Assembly: GCA_963845145.1 (NCBI GenBank)
Contig: CAWJQU010000004.1
Location: forward strand, 320,001 to 384,000
Direction: 5' to 3'
Origin: an uncultured delta proteobacterium
GTDB taxonomy: Bacteria > Desulfobacterota > Desulfobacteria > Desulfobacterales > QNYZ01
Length of the DNA: 64,000 nucleotides
The notes under the pieces are model-generated. The model did no database searches, was not told where the DNA came from, and saw only the letters and a list, made by a program, of their open reading frames with translations. Numbering within the stretch: the stretch's first letter is position 1; every line of letters starts with the position of its first letter. Positions 29,802 to 40,750 of the stretch are shown here, one piece after another. Made by a program: the position numbers and the translations under genes.

Positions 29802-30806
29802 ATGACTCGTTTTCTGAAAACAACCATTCCAGCGGGGCTCCTTTGGGGCCTTTTTATCGCCATGGGTTTGATTCTTCTTTCACCGATTACAATAGTGGCG
29901 GCAGAAAAAATTAATTACCGGCTCAAATGGCTTTTTAATGCCAGCGTGGCGGGGGATATTGTGGCCGATGCCAACGGCCTGTTTGCCCAGGCCGGCCTCG
30001 ATGTTACCGTCAAAGAAGGCGGCCCCGAGCGGGACGCCATTCGAGAGCTGGAACTCGGCCATGCCCAATTTGGGGTTGCTTCCGCCGATCAAGTGATTCG
30101 CGCGTTGTCTAAAGGGTCGCCGGTGGTTGTCATCGCACAGTTGTTCCAGGTAAATCCGTTGCAGTGGATCTACAGGGTAAAAGATGTCCAGTTGGAAAAA
30201 ATCGAGGATCTAAGAGGGCAAAAAATCGGTATTACCTATGGCGGCAACGACGAGACCATCATGCGTACCCTGTTGGCCAAAGCCAATCTTAGCGAAAACG
30301 ACGTATCGCTGTTTAGTGTACGATATGATTACACCCCTTTTTTTCGACGTAAAGTGGATATATGGCCCTGTTACATCAATTCCCAGGGGCCGCTGTTAAA
30401 AAAGAAACTCAGTGAGGCGGGCGAAGATGTGGCCTTTTTCAATCCGGCTGAGTTCGGGATCAAGTTTGTGGCCAATTCCGTGGTAACCTCGGCGGCGCTG
30501 CTTAAAAGCGATCCGGATTTGGTAGCGACGTTTGCCACTGCATTGTTAAAAGGGTGGCGGCAAGCTTTAGATCCGGCCCATCACCAGAAGACCATCGATC
30601 TGTTGCAAAAGGTTGATCAAGACACACCTCTCGACCTTTTGGGAAAACAACTCGATCTAACCCGTAATTTAATCCAGCCGGAACCAATGGTCGCCATCGG
30701 CGCTATTGATGTTGAGGCGTGGCGTCAAACGGAAGCGATCATGCTTGCCCAGAACGTGATCCAAAAACCTGTCAATGTGGTGGAGATACTAAAACCTCAT
30801 AAATAA
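29802..30806 (+). CDS. ABC substrate-binding protein, NMT1/THI5-like
   Basis: Signal peptide; LKWL, GLFAQAGLDV, EGGP, FGVAS, DLRGQKIG. Confidence 0.85.
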   Translation: MTRFLKTTIPAGLLWGLFIAMGLILLSPITIVAAEKINYRLKWLFNASVAGDIVADANGLFAQAGLDVTVKEGGPERDAIRELELGHAQFGVASADQVIRALSKGSPVVVIAQLFQVNPLQWIYRVKDVQLEKIEDLRGQKIGITYGGNDETIMRTLLAKANLSENDVSLFSVRYDYTPFFRRKVDIWPCYINSQGPLLKKKLSEAGEDVAFFNPAEFGIKFVANSVVTSAALLKSDPDLVATFATALLKGWRQALDPAHHQKTIDLLQKVDQDTPLDLLGKQLDLTRNLIQPEPMVAIGAIDVEAWRQTEAIMLAQNVIQKPVNVVEILKPHK

Positions 30807-30823
30807 AACGGGGTTTCCATGCC

Positions 30824-31696
30824 ATGACCAAACTCAGAATAGGAACATGCAGCTGGAAATACCCATCCTGGAAGGGGCTAGTCTATTCCGCCGCCAAAGG
30901 AATAAACTATCTTGAAGAATACGCCAAACGGTATTCAACCGTCGAAGTCGATCAGTGGTTCTGGTCTCTGTTTGAGAGTAGTAAAGTCAAACTGCCCCGC
31001 AAAGAAGATGTGGCCGAATACCGTCGTTCGGTGCCCGATAATTTCCAATTCAGTATCAAAGCCCCTAACAGTCTTACCCTGACCCATTATTATAAAAAAC
31101 GAAAAACCGACCCGTTGATTCACAATCCCCATTTTTTGTCCAGGGAGCTATGGCAGGATTTCATGGCGTCCATGGCGCCCCTTAAAGATGTTTTGGGCCC
31201 TGTCATTCTTCAGTTCGAATATTTAAACAAACAAAAGATGGATACCCAGGCTCATTTTATGAACCGTTTGGAAAAGTTTTTTAACGAAGTCGGGAGCGTG
31301 GACTATCTGGCCGTGGAAACTAGAAATCCGTATTACTTGAATGCGAGATTTTTCGATTTTTTAAAACACCATCAAGCGGCACCCGTGCTGTTGCACGGTT
31401 ACTGGATGCCGCCGGTAACGGTTCTTTATCATAAGTGGCGGGAAAAGATCCTCAACCACGAAACCGTGGTTATCAGATTACATGGGACCGATCGAAATGA
31501 TATCGAAAAACGAACCGGAAATCGGTGGGACGAAATCGTGGCCCCTATGGATAAAGAGCTGGCGGGAATCGCCAATATGGTTAAAGACTTGGTTGAACAC
31601 GGTGTGAATGTCTTTTTCAATGTGAATAATCACTATGAGGGGTCGGCACCACTGACCATCGAGAAGTTGTCCGGACTGCTTAAGTCCATCAGCTAG
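30824..31696 (+). CDS. DUF72 family protein
   Basis: IGTCSWKYPSWKGLVY, TVEVD, FSIKAP..LT, IRLHG, NNHYEG. Confidence 0.9.
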   Translation: MTKLRIGTCSWKYPSWKGLVYSAAKGINYLEEYAKRYSTVEVDQWFWSLFESSKVKLPRKEDVAEYRRSVPDNFQFSIKAPNSLTLTHYYKKRKTDPLIHNPHFLSRELWQDFMASMAPLKDVLGPVILQFEYLNKQKMDTQAHFMNRLEKFFNEVGSVDYLAVETRNPYYLNARFFDFLKHHQAAPVLLHGYWMPPVTVLYHKWREKILNHETVVIRLHGTDRNDIEKRTGNRWDEIVAPMDKELAGIANMVKDLVEHGVNVFFNVNNHYEGSAPLTIEKLSGLLKSIS

Positions 31697-34664
31697 TAGA
31701 TTCTTCTTTCGGGTGCAAAATTTCCTGCACTTTTGTGATTAAAGCGTTGACAGTGAAAGGTTTTGGCAAAAAATCGATATCGTTTTCAAAAATCCCCTGG
31801 TTGACAATGACATCGGGTGTATACCCGGATATGAAAAGGGATTTGATGCCTGGTTTGATTTTTTCAATTCGTTTTCGTAACGCTTTACCGTTCATCTCGG
31901 GCATCACCACATCCGTCACTAATAGGTCTATGTCTCCTTGTTCATTTTCGGCTATGGCAATAGCCTCCGACGGACATTGTGCTGGAAGAATTTTATATCC
32001 AAAACGCTCGAGCAGCGTCTGTCCCAAGCGCAAGAAGGGTAATTCATCTTCAACGAACAAAACCGTTTCGGACCCTTTTTTAAATATCATTTCAGGACTA
32101 TTTTCCAGAGGTTCAACAGGTTCAGTTTCGCGGGGAAAGTAAATTTTGAATGTTGTCCCCTTGCCGGGCGTACTGTCGGTGTTAATGTAGCCATTGTTTT
32201 GTTTAATAATGCCATAAACGGTGGATAGACCCAGCCCGGTTCCCTCTCCGACATCCTTGGTTGTGAAAAACGGCTCAAACAATTTTTCAAGGATCTCTTT
32301 TTCCATACCAATGCCGGTATCGGTGACCGAGAGTAAAACGTATTCGCCGGGGTGAAGCACTTCATGCTGGCAGTGGCTCGATCCGTCTATTACCACATTT
32401 TCAGTTTTAATGGATATCTTCCCCGTTCCTTCAATGGCGTCGCGAGCATTGACACACAGATTCGCCAAGATTTGATCGAGCTGGGTAGGATCGATCTTGA
32501 TTGGCCATATATCCTCTTTAGGATTCCAGATTAGATCGATATTTTCACCGATAAGTCTTTTGAGCATATTATGCATGCCCGTTACTGCATGGTTTAAATC
32601 AAGTACTTTGGGTAAGATTGCCTGTTTGCGGGCAAAGGCCAGCAATTGACGCGTGAGATCTGCTGATCGGCAGGTAGCATTGTAAATCTCCTTGAGGTTG
32701 GCATGCACGAGTGGGGAAGTATCGATTAGCTCCATAAGCATCTCTGTGCGCCCCATGATGACACCCAGCATATTATTGAAATCATGGGCAACGCCCCCGG
32801 CCAAGCGGCCCACCGATTCCATTTTTTGGGCTTGTTGGAGTTGTATTTCAGTTTCGAAACGTTCCTGCTCCAACCGCTTGACCTTGGTAATATCAGTGGC
32901 GATCTGTAAACGCACTATTCGGCCGTCGATCCATCGAATGGCCCGGTCAAAAATCATGAACCATTTATCTATCTTAGGGATATTTTTTTCATAGGTACAA
33001 GCACCAAGGGGTTGTCCTTCGGCGTCCAGCAACTTGTCATTGGTGCAATGGTCGCAAGGGCGATCATAGCCATGAAAAGCGTCAAAACAGGTTCCACCGG
33101 TGTGATCACCGTTAAAATGATCGATCATGCGCTGGTTCATAAATAGGATTTCATATGAATCCATGTCGGACACATGAATCGTGGCGTCAATTCCATCAAG
33201 GACCGTAAGAAACGTCTGATGAGATTTTTTTAGCTCCTCTTCAGCCTGTTTGCGTTTGGTGATATCGGTTAATGATCCGACGATAGCGACACTCTCACCA
33301 TTTTTTACAACCGGTGCTTCGTTGACCTCCACCCATATTTTTCGGCCCTTCCTACCGACAAGTTCCGCCTCATAGCAAGATTGCCTTTGGCCCGTTTTAA
33401 CGGCTTTGGCGGACAAGGCGAGGCCTTTTTTATTGATCGGGTTTTTCGTTACAAAGTCTTTTAAGCGGTGCACCTGATCATCCGGTTCGCACTGGAGAAA
33501 TTCACGGCTTTGAGGACTTAGATAAATCAATCTGCCATTGACGTCATGCGCATAAAAGAGGTTGGTACTATGCTCTATAATGTCACGCAGTTTTTCTTCA
33601 CTTTCCCGTAACGACTTTTCCATCCGTTTACGCTCTGTGATGTCTCTAAGGGAAATGACCTTTCCGGCCTTTGTACCTTCACTATTTTTGATCGTCGAGG
33701 TGCAAAGGTCGTATACATGTTTTTGTCCTTCTTTGATCAATGAGATTTCCGTTGTTTTTACTTCTCGGGCGTTACTCTTCAATTGAGGGAAATGGTTAAA
33801 AACTGAAAAAACATCCTGACCGATAATTTTGTCGAGATGAGTCCGGAATAAGGACTCGGCTGTTCGGTTCATGTCGATTAACCGATCCTTATGGTCTATC
33901 ACTAAAATGGCATCCTCCAACTCCCGGAAAATCTCTGCTCTGGCCACTGGCAGGATGTCGAGCAATCGAAAGCGAAAAAAACCCCATGCCATCGAACCGG
34001 CCACGATAACAAATGCAATGGGACTGACATCCATATGGGGTATCGGGCTGTGTCCTGAAACGTATATGACATTGCTGATCCATACCAATGAAACCGCAGC
34101 CATTGCCAAACCGGCTTGAGAACGTAGGTAGCTAGTAGATGTAATCATCTGGCGGAAGAGAATCATACTTAGACAGGCAATTAATGAATAATGATAAAAT
34201 AAAATAACCCACCAAAGCGCTCCGTGTTTCACGCCAAGCATAGGAAATGAGCCGGTGTCGATCGTGTAAAAAACAGGAAAAATCAACTTATGAAGGGGAT
34301 TGGTCCAAATAAGAAGGATGATGACGGTTGCAATTATAAAAAAGATAGACCGCAATCGCCTCGTATTCCAAAATTCACAATCGAAAACAGTTAACCCGAA
34401 CAGAAGCGCCAACGGGGGGAGGGGTGTCACTCCAAAATATTGAAATTTGGTGATAAAAATATTGGTTTTGATATCGAGCCCAAGGTATAAAAAACCTTCA
34501 GCCGCCGCCCAAACAGTGGCGCTCAAACAGACCAATGCAAGGTACCACCCACCCCGCGCATTGACGCGTCGAAAGGTATACAGCGCTGCGATAAAGATTA
34601 AAAATGCGGCCAGGAAAAAAGGGAAACAGTAAAAGATTCTATCATCCATTTTTATCATATCCAA
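31689..34664 (-). CDS. Hybrid sensor histidine kinase (7TM, PAS domains, HisKA/HATPase, receiver)
   Basis: [39 protein letters not shown]; receiver VEDE, TDVVMP, KPF. Confidence 0.95.
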   Translation of the reverse strand: MDMIKMDDRIFYCFPFFLAAFLIFIAALYTFRRVNARGGWYLALVCLSATVWAAAEGFLYLGLDIKTNIFITKFQYFGVTPLPPLALLFGLTVFDCEFWNTRRLRSIFFIIATVIILLIWTNPLHKLIFPVFYTIDTGSFPMLGVKHGALWWVILFYHYSLIACLSMILFRQMITSTSYLRSQAGLAMAAVSLVWISNVIYVSGHSPIPHMDVSPIAFVIVAGSMAWGFFRFRLLDILPVARAEIFRELEDAILVIDHKDRLIDMNRTAESLFRTHLDKIIGQDVFSVFNHFPQLKSNAREVKTTEISLIKEGQKHVYDLCTSTIKNSEGTKAGKVISLRDITERKRMEKSLRESEEKLRDIIEHSTNLFYAHDVNGRLIYLSPQSREFLQCEPDDQVHRLKDFVTKNPINKKGLALSAKAVKTGQRQSCYEAELVGRKGRKIWVEVNEAPVVKNGESVAIVGSLTDITKRKQAEEELKKSHQTFLTVLDGIDATIHVSDMDSYEILFMNQRMIDHFNGDHTGGTCFDAFHGYDRPCDHCTNDKLLDAEGQPLGACTYEKNIPKIDKWFMIFDRAIRWIDGRIVRLQIATDITKVKRLEQERFETEIQLQQAQKMESVGRLAGGVAHDFNNMLGVIMGRTEMLMELIDTSPLVHANLKEIYNATCRSADLTRQLLAFARKQAILPKVLDLNHAVTGMHNMLKRLIGENIDLIWNPKEDIWPIKIDPTQLDQILANLCVNARDAIEGTGKISIKTENVVIDGSSHCQHEVLHPGEYVLLSVTDTGIGMEKEILEKLFEPFFTTKDVGEGTGLGLSTVYGIIKQNNGYINTDSTPGKGTTFKIYFPRETEPVEPLENSPEMIFKKGSETVLFVEDELPFLRLGQTLLERFGYKILPAQCPSEAIAIAENEQGDIDLLVTDVVMPEMNGKALRKRIEKIKPGIKSLFISGYTPDVIVNQGIFENDIDFLPKPFTVNALITKVQEILHPKEESTS

Positions 34665-34706
34665 AGGGTTATTCTAACGGTTTCGTCCGTCGTGACTTGA
34701 AACCAT

Positions 34707-35225
34707 CTAATGTAAGCCGAGGACTCGTTTGTATCTACTAACTGAGAACCCATAGATTTTTTCACCATTGATAATGGCAAAGGGAACACCGCCTGTCCCC
34801 CCCGCTGTGCGCATTTTGGCGGCCGCTTTTTTATCTTTCTCGATGTCGAATTGCTTGTATTTGATTCGGTTGGACTTTAAAAAGGCTATGGCATCTTTGC
34901 AGTACCGACACCAGCTGGTAGTATAAATTTCAACCGTATTGGTATTCTTTTTTATCTGTTTTCTTTTGTTGGTAGCTTTTTTCTGAATTTCTTTTTTTTG
35001 GGCCGACTCAGTGGCAAGTTTGATTTTTTCAGGAGTGGGCTTTGGACGGGGGGGTGGATATTTGGGCGTTTTTATGATTTTAGATTGTATGTCGGACTTG
35101 GAAGGCGCATCGTCATAATGAGTGACCCCTTCGGGGTCCACCCATTTATACATTTTGGCGCTCACTTGATTGGCTAAAAAAAAGGTGGCACAAATTATTA
35201 TCGCGGCGAATAGAATCTTTATCAT
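34707..35225 (-). CDS. DUF4124 plus glutaredoxin-domain protein
   Basis: Signal peptide, MYKWVDPEGVTHYDD, YTTSWCRYC, GGVP. Confidence 0.85.
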   Translation of the reverse strand: MIKILFAAIIICATFFLANQVSAKMYKWVDPEGVTHYDDAPSKSDIQSKIIKTPKYPPPRPKPTPEKIKLATESAQKKEIQKKATNKRKQIKKNTNTVEIYTTSWCRYCKDAIAFLKSNRIKYKQFDIEKDKKAAAKMRTAGGTGGVPFAIINGEKIYGFSVSRYKRVLGLH

Positions 35226-35548
35226 GTGGCCTTCAACAGGTACCGGTCAGCTAAACGTTCCAGGTCGCAACCAAGATTTATAACAGGCTCGTACTTCTCG
35301 CACGATTTTAATTATTCAAACGATTATAGTCTTACATTCGGTCATTGAAATATCGACTTCTTTATAGGCGAACTTATTATTATGCAATATATTTATGTCG
35401 GTATTCGGCTAATAAGGTAGAATATCGAGCTCCTTTCCGCCCTTTCTTATATGGCAGGTGGTCGCCGAGCTGTCCACTGGTGATTGCCACCGGGTACCGA
35501 TTGGGAGCGGCAGAATACCGACACCAAATACAAAAAATCAAAGATGTC

Positions 35549-35905
35549 CTAAAAAGTTAAAATATTAGCCCCTTCCGAAATTTCAAATAGTTTGGGTGCA
35601 CCGGCAAAGGTGACGGAATCAACGACCTCTTTTTCGCCAACCTGGCGACTTTCGGCACAGGGGATTCAGACGAAAATGGGAACTTTATTTTCGACTAAAT
35701 AGTACAGGTGCGGCCCTGCCTCATCACCAGTGGGCGCTACAATATTGTCAATCATACCCTCCTTGACGGTAACCACGGCATCATCCGTGAGAAAAAGGCT
35801 CACTTCATGACCTTGTTCATGGGCTGCCTTGGCCAGTTGGTAGGTTCGTGTGACCCGGGTCGGGTCTTCCAATCCTCTGGTTAAAACAAATACAAATTTC
35901 GACAC
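35549..35905 (-). CDS. DsrE/DsrF-like selenoprotein (UGA at 35666-35668 read as Sec; UxxC)
   Basis: AAGGAGG RBS and GTG start; SLFLTDDAV...VPIFV-TGA-IPCAESRQVGEKEVVDSVTFAGAPKLFEISEGANILTF*; the 38 codons after the UGA complete a DsrE-length protein of 118 aa. Confidence 0.85.
35629..35668 (-). promoter_or_regulatory. Bacterial SECIS-like hairpin
   Basis: UGA-atcccctgtgccgaaag-TCGCC-aggtt-GGCGA: stem begins 17 nt after UGA, G-containing apical loop. Confidence 0.75.
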
Positions 35906-35944
35906 GTTGGTGCCTCCTTTCATTTTTTCGATTTTTACTTGTTA

Positions 35945-37432
35945 TTAAACATGCACTATATTTTTAAACCGATCAGGCCCTAAAATAGATTTAAGCGTGG
36001 CAAAGGATCCAAGGACGGTTCCCAGAATTCCCGGTGCCAATGCGCTTTGGCCGGCCAGGTAGAGGCCGTCAATGGCCGTGCGGTTAAAAATTGCTGTGGA
36101 CAGCAATTGGTCACTCGATTTCATGACGCCATAGGCCGAGCCATCAGGGCTGTTAACCCAATCGCGGATGGTCAAAGGCGTATAGATATCGATAAGTTTG
36201 AGCGATGGAAACGGGCCGGTGACGTTGGTCGCTTTGGCTATCATTTCATGGGCCACTTGGTCTTTTGTCTCAAGATACACCTGCCCCCTACGACCGGTCT
36301 GCGTGGTCTCCCAGGGTGCCCACAATTCGGGCTTTCCATCACCCAGCAGGGTAAGCAGGTGCCACTTGGGGTCGGCGGTTTGCTTGAGCTGAATAAAAAC
36401 AGCGTCTTTATCTGCGTTTTCTTTATTTTTTTCAATCAAAAACAGGTTGTACGGCATAGGTTCATGGTCGGTGGCGGGTATTTTAGCCTGGACACAGCAA
36501 AATCCCGGTGTATTCGTTAACCCTTTGATTCTGTTTCGATATGAAGGTTTTAGTTTGGATTTGTCCAGCATCGTCAGTAAAATTTGGGGATGCACTGTGG
36601 AAATAACACCATCGGCTGTAAGGATTTCATCATTGTTTAAGCGAACATCCGCGACGCGACCGTTTTTTGTCCCTATATTTGCCACAGTCTGTCCGGTGAT
36701 AATCTCGCCACCCAGGCTACGAAACCGGTTGGCAAAGACCTCGGCCATATGGGTGCCGGATTGAATCAAGCGCCATGACGAAAACAGATAGTTGGCCAGG
36801 GTCATATGATGAAAGAAAATGGGACAACGCTCGGCGGGCGCCCCAAGCCAATAGGCCGGTACACCGATAACCGATCTCAAGGCCGGTGACATTCCCAGTC
36901 GTTTAAATAGATCGCCTAAGGGCTCCGTCTGGTCGATGAGTTCATCAGCCGAAATATCATGATACAAAAAGGTCAGATCGTTGAGCTGTCGGGCGGAGCG
37001 GTGCAACAACGCCATAAAAGTATCTATCGCTTTGATTTCGGATGGAAAGGCGGTCTTTAAGTTATCGGCATAGGCATCGAACCCCTCGGGAAGGTCGAAA
37101 TGTTTTGGGCCAACGGTAGCGTTTGCAAAGATATAGCGGTCGATAATGCCGTTTTTCCCCATTCTCTCCAATGGGATATCCTCTGAAACGCCCAAATAAT
37201 CGAAACATCGTCTCAACACCTGCCCTTCGCCCATAGCCCCGAGATAGTGAATACCGATATCGCAAGCGATGCCCTCACGGGTGTAGCTGCGCATCATTCC
37301 GCCGACCTGTCTGTTTTTTTCAACCAAGGTCACCGGGTACGCAAGCCTGGCCAGCATGATTCCCAGGCTCAGCCCACCGATGCCTCCGCCGATAATCACC
37401 ATGCGATGGTTTGAGTGGTTTGTTAACCCCAT
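35945..37432 (-). CDS. FAD-dependent oxidoreductase, phytoene desaturase / retinol saturase family
   Basis: VIIGGGIGGL, LVEKN..VGG, DIGIHY, TPLTIRD...GSAYG, GLYLAGQ. Confidence 0.9.
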   Translation of the reverse strand: MGLTNHSNHRMVIIGGGIGGLSLGIMLARLAYPVTLVEKNRQVGGMMRSYTREGIACDIGIHYLGAMGEGQVLRRCFDYLGVSEDIPLERMGKNGIIDRYIFANATVGPKHFDLPEGFDAYADNLKTAFPSEIKAIDTFMALLHRSARQLNDLTFLYHDISADELIDQTEPLGDLFKRLGMSPALRSVIGVPAYWLGAPAERCPIFFHHMTLANYLFSSWRLIQSGTHMAEVFANRFRSLGGEIITGQTVANIGTKNGRVADVRLNNDEILTADGVISTVHPQILLTMLDKSKLKPSYRNRIKGLTNTPGFCCVQAKIPATDHEPMPYNLFLIEKNKENADKDAVFIQLKQTADPKWHLLTLLGDGKPELWAPWETTQTGRRGQVYLETKDQVAHEMIAKATNVTGPFPSLKLIDIYTPLTIRDWVNSPDGSAYGVMKSSDQLLSTAIFNRTAIDGLYLAGQSALAPGILGTVLGSFATLKSILGPDRFKNIVHV

Positions 37433-37789
37433 AGCCAGAGATCGGTTTGGCAGGTTAGTAAATATTTTTGATCTTTTTTGATGACTTCCCCTTTTTTATG
37501 GTGGTTTAGGGGTATTGAAATCACCGTTGAATTAACACCGGCAGACGGTCCCAAGCCATACAACATTCATCGCCAATATTCAAACCGGTTATGTTTATCC
37601 TATTTCTGGCGGACATGAAATAATCAATGTACTTGTTGGTTTTTTACTTGCGCCTGCCGTGCAGAAAAAGCCCGTTTCCCTTGCAGTCCCCTTATTTATG
37701 ATTTAAGATATCTTTTAGTCATCTATCCCAATGGTGGCGTTGGTATTATAGGTATTCGTATATCGAAAATCATTGCCGGGAGGTTGTTC

Positions 37790-38248
37790 ATGGATTTGGA
37801 AAAATACAAAAAAGTCATCTCTGATGCCATTCAAAACGAAATTGACGCCAAAGAATTTTACACCAAGGTAGCCCAACGTATAAAAGACGCCTATCTTAAG
37901 GAATTGTTTGAAAAATTTGCCGCGGAAGAAGAAAAACATGAAAAAATGCTGACCAATATCCTAAGTAGCGGGAAGGTACAAAGCGGCCATTTCGATTTTA
38001 ATAAAGATTTTAAGGTTTCCGAGACGTATGATATGCCCGAAGTCAATGGTGATATGAACCTTAAAGATGCCGTTGGCCTGGCAATGAAAAATGAAGAACT
38101 GGCCATGAAAAATTACACTGGTCTTGCCGAAAATTGTGACGATCCGGAATTAAAATCCGTTTTTATCGATTTAGCGGCCATGGAAAGAAAACATAAATTC
38201 AAAATGGAAGAGAGTTTTTTGGATGTCGCCTATCCGGAAGTTTGGTAA
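37790..38248 (+). CDS. Ferritin-like / rubrerythrin-domain protein
   Basis: Duplicated di-iron motifs AIQNE..AKEFY...EEEKH and AMKNEE.A...Y...MERKH. Confidence 0.9.
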   Translation: MDLEKYKKVISDAIQNEIDAKEFYTKVAQRIKDAYLKELFEKFAAEEEKHEKMLTNILSSGKVQSGHFDFNKDFKVSETYDMPEVNGDMNLKDAVGLAMKNEELAMKNYTGLAENCDDPELKSVFIDLAAMERKHKFKMEESFLDVAYPEVW

Positions 38249-38335
38249 TGGGCGCCGGTGTTAATTAAGCCCGGTTTTAATCTAATCCGGCTTGGCGATG
38301 GGTTAATAGAGGCTCATTGGGGCACATGCCTGTAA

Positions 38336-40750
38336 TTGGGAGATTGCTTTATTAAAACGACCAATCACAAGAATCGTCACCCCAATACACAGAAGATTAG
38401 CTCAAGAGTTGCCCGTTTACGTGAAGGGTTGCTTGCGGCCCGACCGGAGGTGTTTGATCAAAGGGGGCGCCTGGTTACCGAAGCCTATCGGGATGCCGAC
38501 AATGACCCGGCCGTACTTCGCCGCGCCAAAGCCCTGGATCGGATTTTGCGTGAAAGCGGTGCCCATGTAAAACCCGATGAATTGATTGTGGGTTGTAAAG
38601 TGCTGCTTCCAAAAGGGTCGCCGGTTTATCCGGAGTTTAATGTAAAGTGGTTGGAAGATGAATTAGATACGCTGTCCTGCCGCGAAGAAACCCCATTTTT
38701 TGTTGCTGAAGAAACAAAAAAGACGCTACGCGAACAGGTGATCCCTTTTTGGAAAGGGCGGACGGTTTATGACCGCATTGTGGAAAATGCGCCGGAAAAA
38801 TCACTGGCGGCTGCAAGCGAGGGGCTTTTTTTCCATTACTATCTTGATCGCAGTATCGGGCATATCACCGTCAACTATGAAAAGGTGCTTCACTTAGGAC
38901 TTTCGGGGATAAAGGCTGAGATTCAAAAATACCAGGCGCAGCTGTCCGAAGATCCCACCGGTGATTCACAGAAAAGCGATTTTTATGATGCCTTGATATT
39001 GGTCGCCGATGCCGCCATCGCCTTTGCCCAGCGTCATGCGGACGTTGCCTCTGAGCTATCAACTGTCTGCGACGATCCAGTCCGGCGCAAGGAGTTGGAA
39101 AACATTGCCCGTATTTGTCGGCGGGTTCCTGAGTTTCCGGCGGAATCGCTGCAAGAAGCCCTTCAGTCGTTCTGGTTTATCCACCTGATTTTAAATCTTG
39201 AAAGCAACGCCTATGCCATTTCACCCGGTCGGTTTTGCCAGTATATCCATCCTTTTTATTGGGCGGATCGGGAACGAAAAACCATTGATGACACTGTTGC
39301 CCAGGAATTGATCAACTGCTTGTGGATTAAGTTTAATGAACTGACCGTGGTTAAAGCCGGTGCCACGGCCAAAGCCAGCAACACCTATGTCGATTTTCAA
39401 AATCTGAATATTGGTGGGCAAAGGGCCGATGGACGCGATGGCACCAATGCGGTCTCTTATTTTTGCTTAAATGCGCTTGATGCCCTGAGTCTTCCCCAAC
39501 CCCAATTATCCTGTTTGGTCAGTTCCAAGACCGACAAGGACTTCCTGATACGGGCCTGTGAAGTGATTCGCGAAGGGTCCGGCATGCCCGCCATGTTCAA
39601 TGACGATGTGAAAGTCACCAGCCTTCTGGCTGCCGGCAAAGACCTGGTCGATGCGCGCAAGGGCGGCGTAAACGGCTGTGTGGAGGTCAATGCACAAGGA
39701 TGTGACCACATGGCTTCGACCGGATATGTGAATCTGGTTAAATGCCTGGAACTGGCCCTAAACGACGGAGTCAGCATAACCACCGGCAACCGGCTGGGCC
39801 CGCCCACGGGAAAGATTGCTGAATTGACAACCTTTGACCATGTGTGGCGGGCGTTTACAACACAGCTCAAGGCAGCCGTAGACTTGAAAGTCTCCTATGA
39901 CAAAGCGGCCCGGCAGGTTTTCGCCGATCATTGCCCGGTCGTGTTCACCTCATTGGTCATGGATGACTGTGTTGCCAAGGGTAAAGATTACCATCAAGGT
40001 GGTGCGCGTTACAACGCCCCCATGATGTGCGGTGTGGGTCTGGGAACCCTGGCCGATTCCCTGGCTGCAATTAAAGAATTTTGTTTCATTACGGGGCAAT
40101 ACAATCTGGTCCAAATACATGCAGCGATGATAGACAATTACGCTTCCCAGCCGCTGTTGCAGAAACTATTGTGGAAAAACGGCCCCAAATTTGGGAACAA
40201 TGACGATTTTGTCGACCGGCTTGCGGCGGATACGGTTGATCTGTTCAGTGATATCTTAAGTGGTTATGTCAACGCGTACGGTGAAGCTTACGGGGCCAAC
40301 ATGATTCCCACGACGACGCACATCCCCATGGGGCATGCCACAGCGGCTACGCCTGACGGCCGCTTGGCCGGTGCCCCCTTGTCCGAAGGTGTCTCGCCGG
40401 TTCAGGGACAAGATATCATGGGGCCGACCGGCGTGATTCTCTCGCTGGCCAAAGTGGATCATGCCCGCACGGCGGGAACCCTGCTCAATATGAAGTTATC
40501 GCCATCCCTTTTGGCCGGACGAGGCCCATTGGATAAATTTTCCGAATTGATCCGCACCTATTTTGCCCTTGGTGGTTATCACATGCAGTTCAACGTGGTT
40601 TCAAAAGAGACCCTTTTGGCCGCGCAGGACGATCCCCAGGCTTATCGCTCCTTAATCGTGAGAGTGGCCGGGTATAGCGATTACTTTATCGCTTTGAGTA
40701 AAGATGTCCAGGATGAAATCATCACGCGGACGGGGCATGGAGAGGATTGA
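38336..40750 (+). CDS. Glycyl radical enzyme (PFL2/dehydratase clade, HypD-like); start codon uncertain
   Basis: Cys loop NGCVE; Gly loop LIVRVAGYS; ATPDGR; GTLLNMK. Confidence 0.92.
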   Translation: MGDCFIKTTNHKNRHPNTQKISSRVARLREGLLAARPEVFDQRGRLVTEAYRDADNDPAVLRRAKALDRILRESGAHVKPDELIVGCKVLLPKGSPVYPEFNVKWLEDELDTLSCREETPFFVAEETKKTLREQVIPFWKGRTVYDRIVENAPEKSLAAASEGLFFHYYLDRSIGHITVNYEKVLHLGLSGIKAEIQKYQAQLSEDPTGDSQKSDFYDALILVADAAIAFAQRHADVASELSTVCDDPVRRKELENIARICRRVPEFPAESLQEALQSFWFIHLILNLESNAYAISPGRFCQYIHPFYWADRERKTIDDTVAQELINCLWIKFNELTVVKAGATAKASNTYVDFQNLNIGGQRADGRDGTNAVSYFCLNALDALSLPQPQLSCLVSSKTDKDFLIRACEVIREGSGMPAMFNDDVKVTSLLAAGKDLVDARKGGVNGCVEVNAQGCDHMASTGYVNLVKCLELALNDGVSITTGNRLGPPTGKIAELTTFDHVWRAFTTQLKAAVDLKVSYDKAARQVFADHCPVVFTSLVMDDCVAKGKDYHQGGARYNAPMMCGVGLGTLADSLAAIKEFCFITGQYNLVQIHAAMIDNYASQPLLQKLLWKNGPKFGNNDDFVDRLAADTVDLFSDILSGYVNAYGEAYGANMIPTTTHIPMGHATAATPDGRLAGAPLSEGVSPVQGQDIMGPTGVILSLAKVDHARTAGTLLNMKLSPSLLAGRGPLDKFSELIRTYFALGGYHMQFNVVSKETLLAAQDDPQAYRSLIVRVAGYSDYFIALSKDVQDEIITRTGHGED

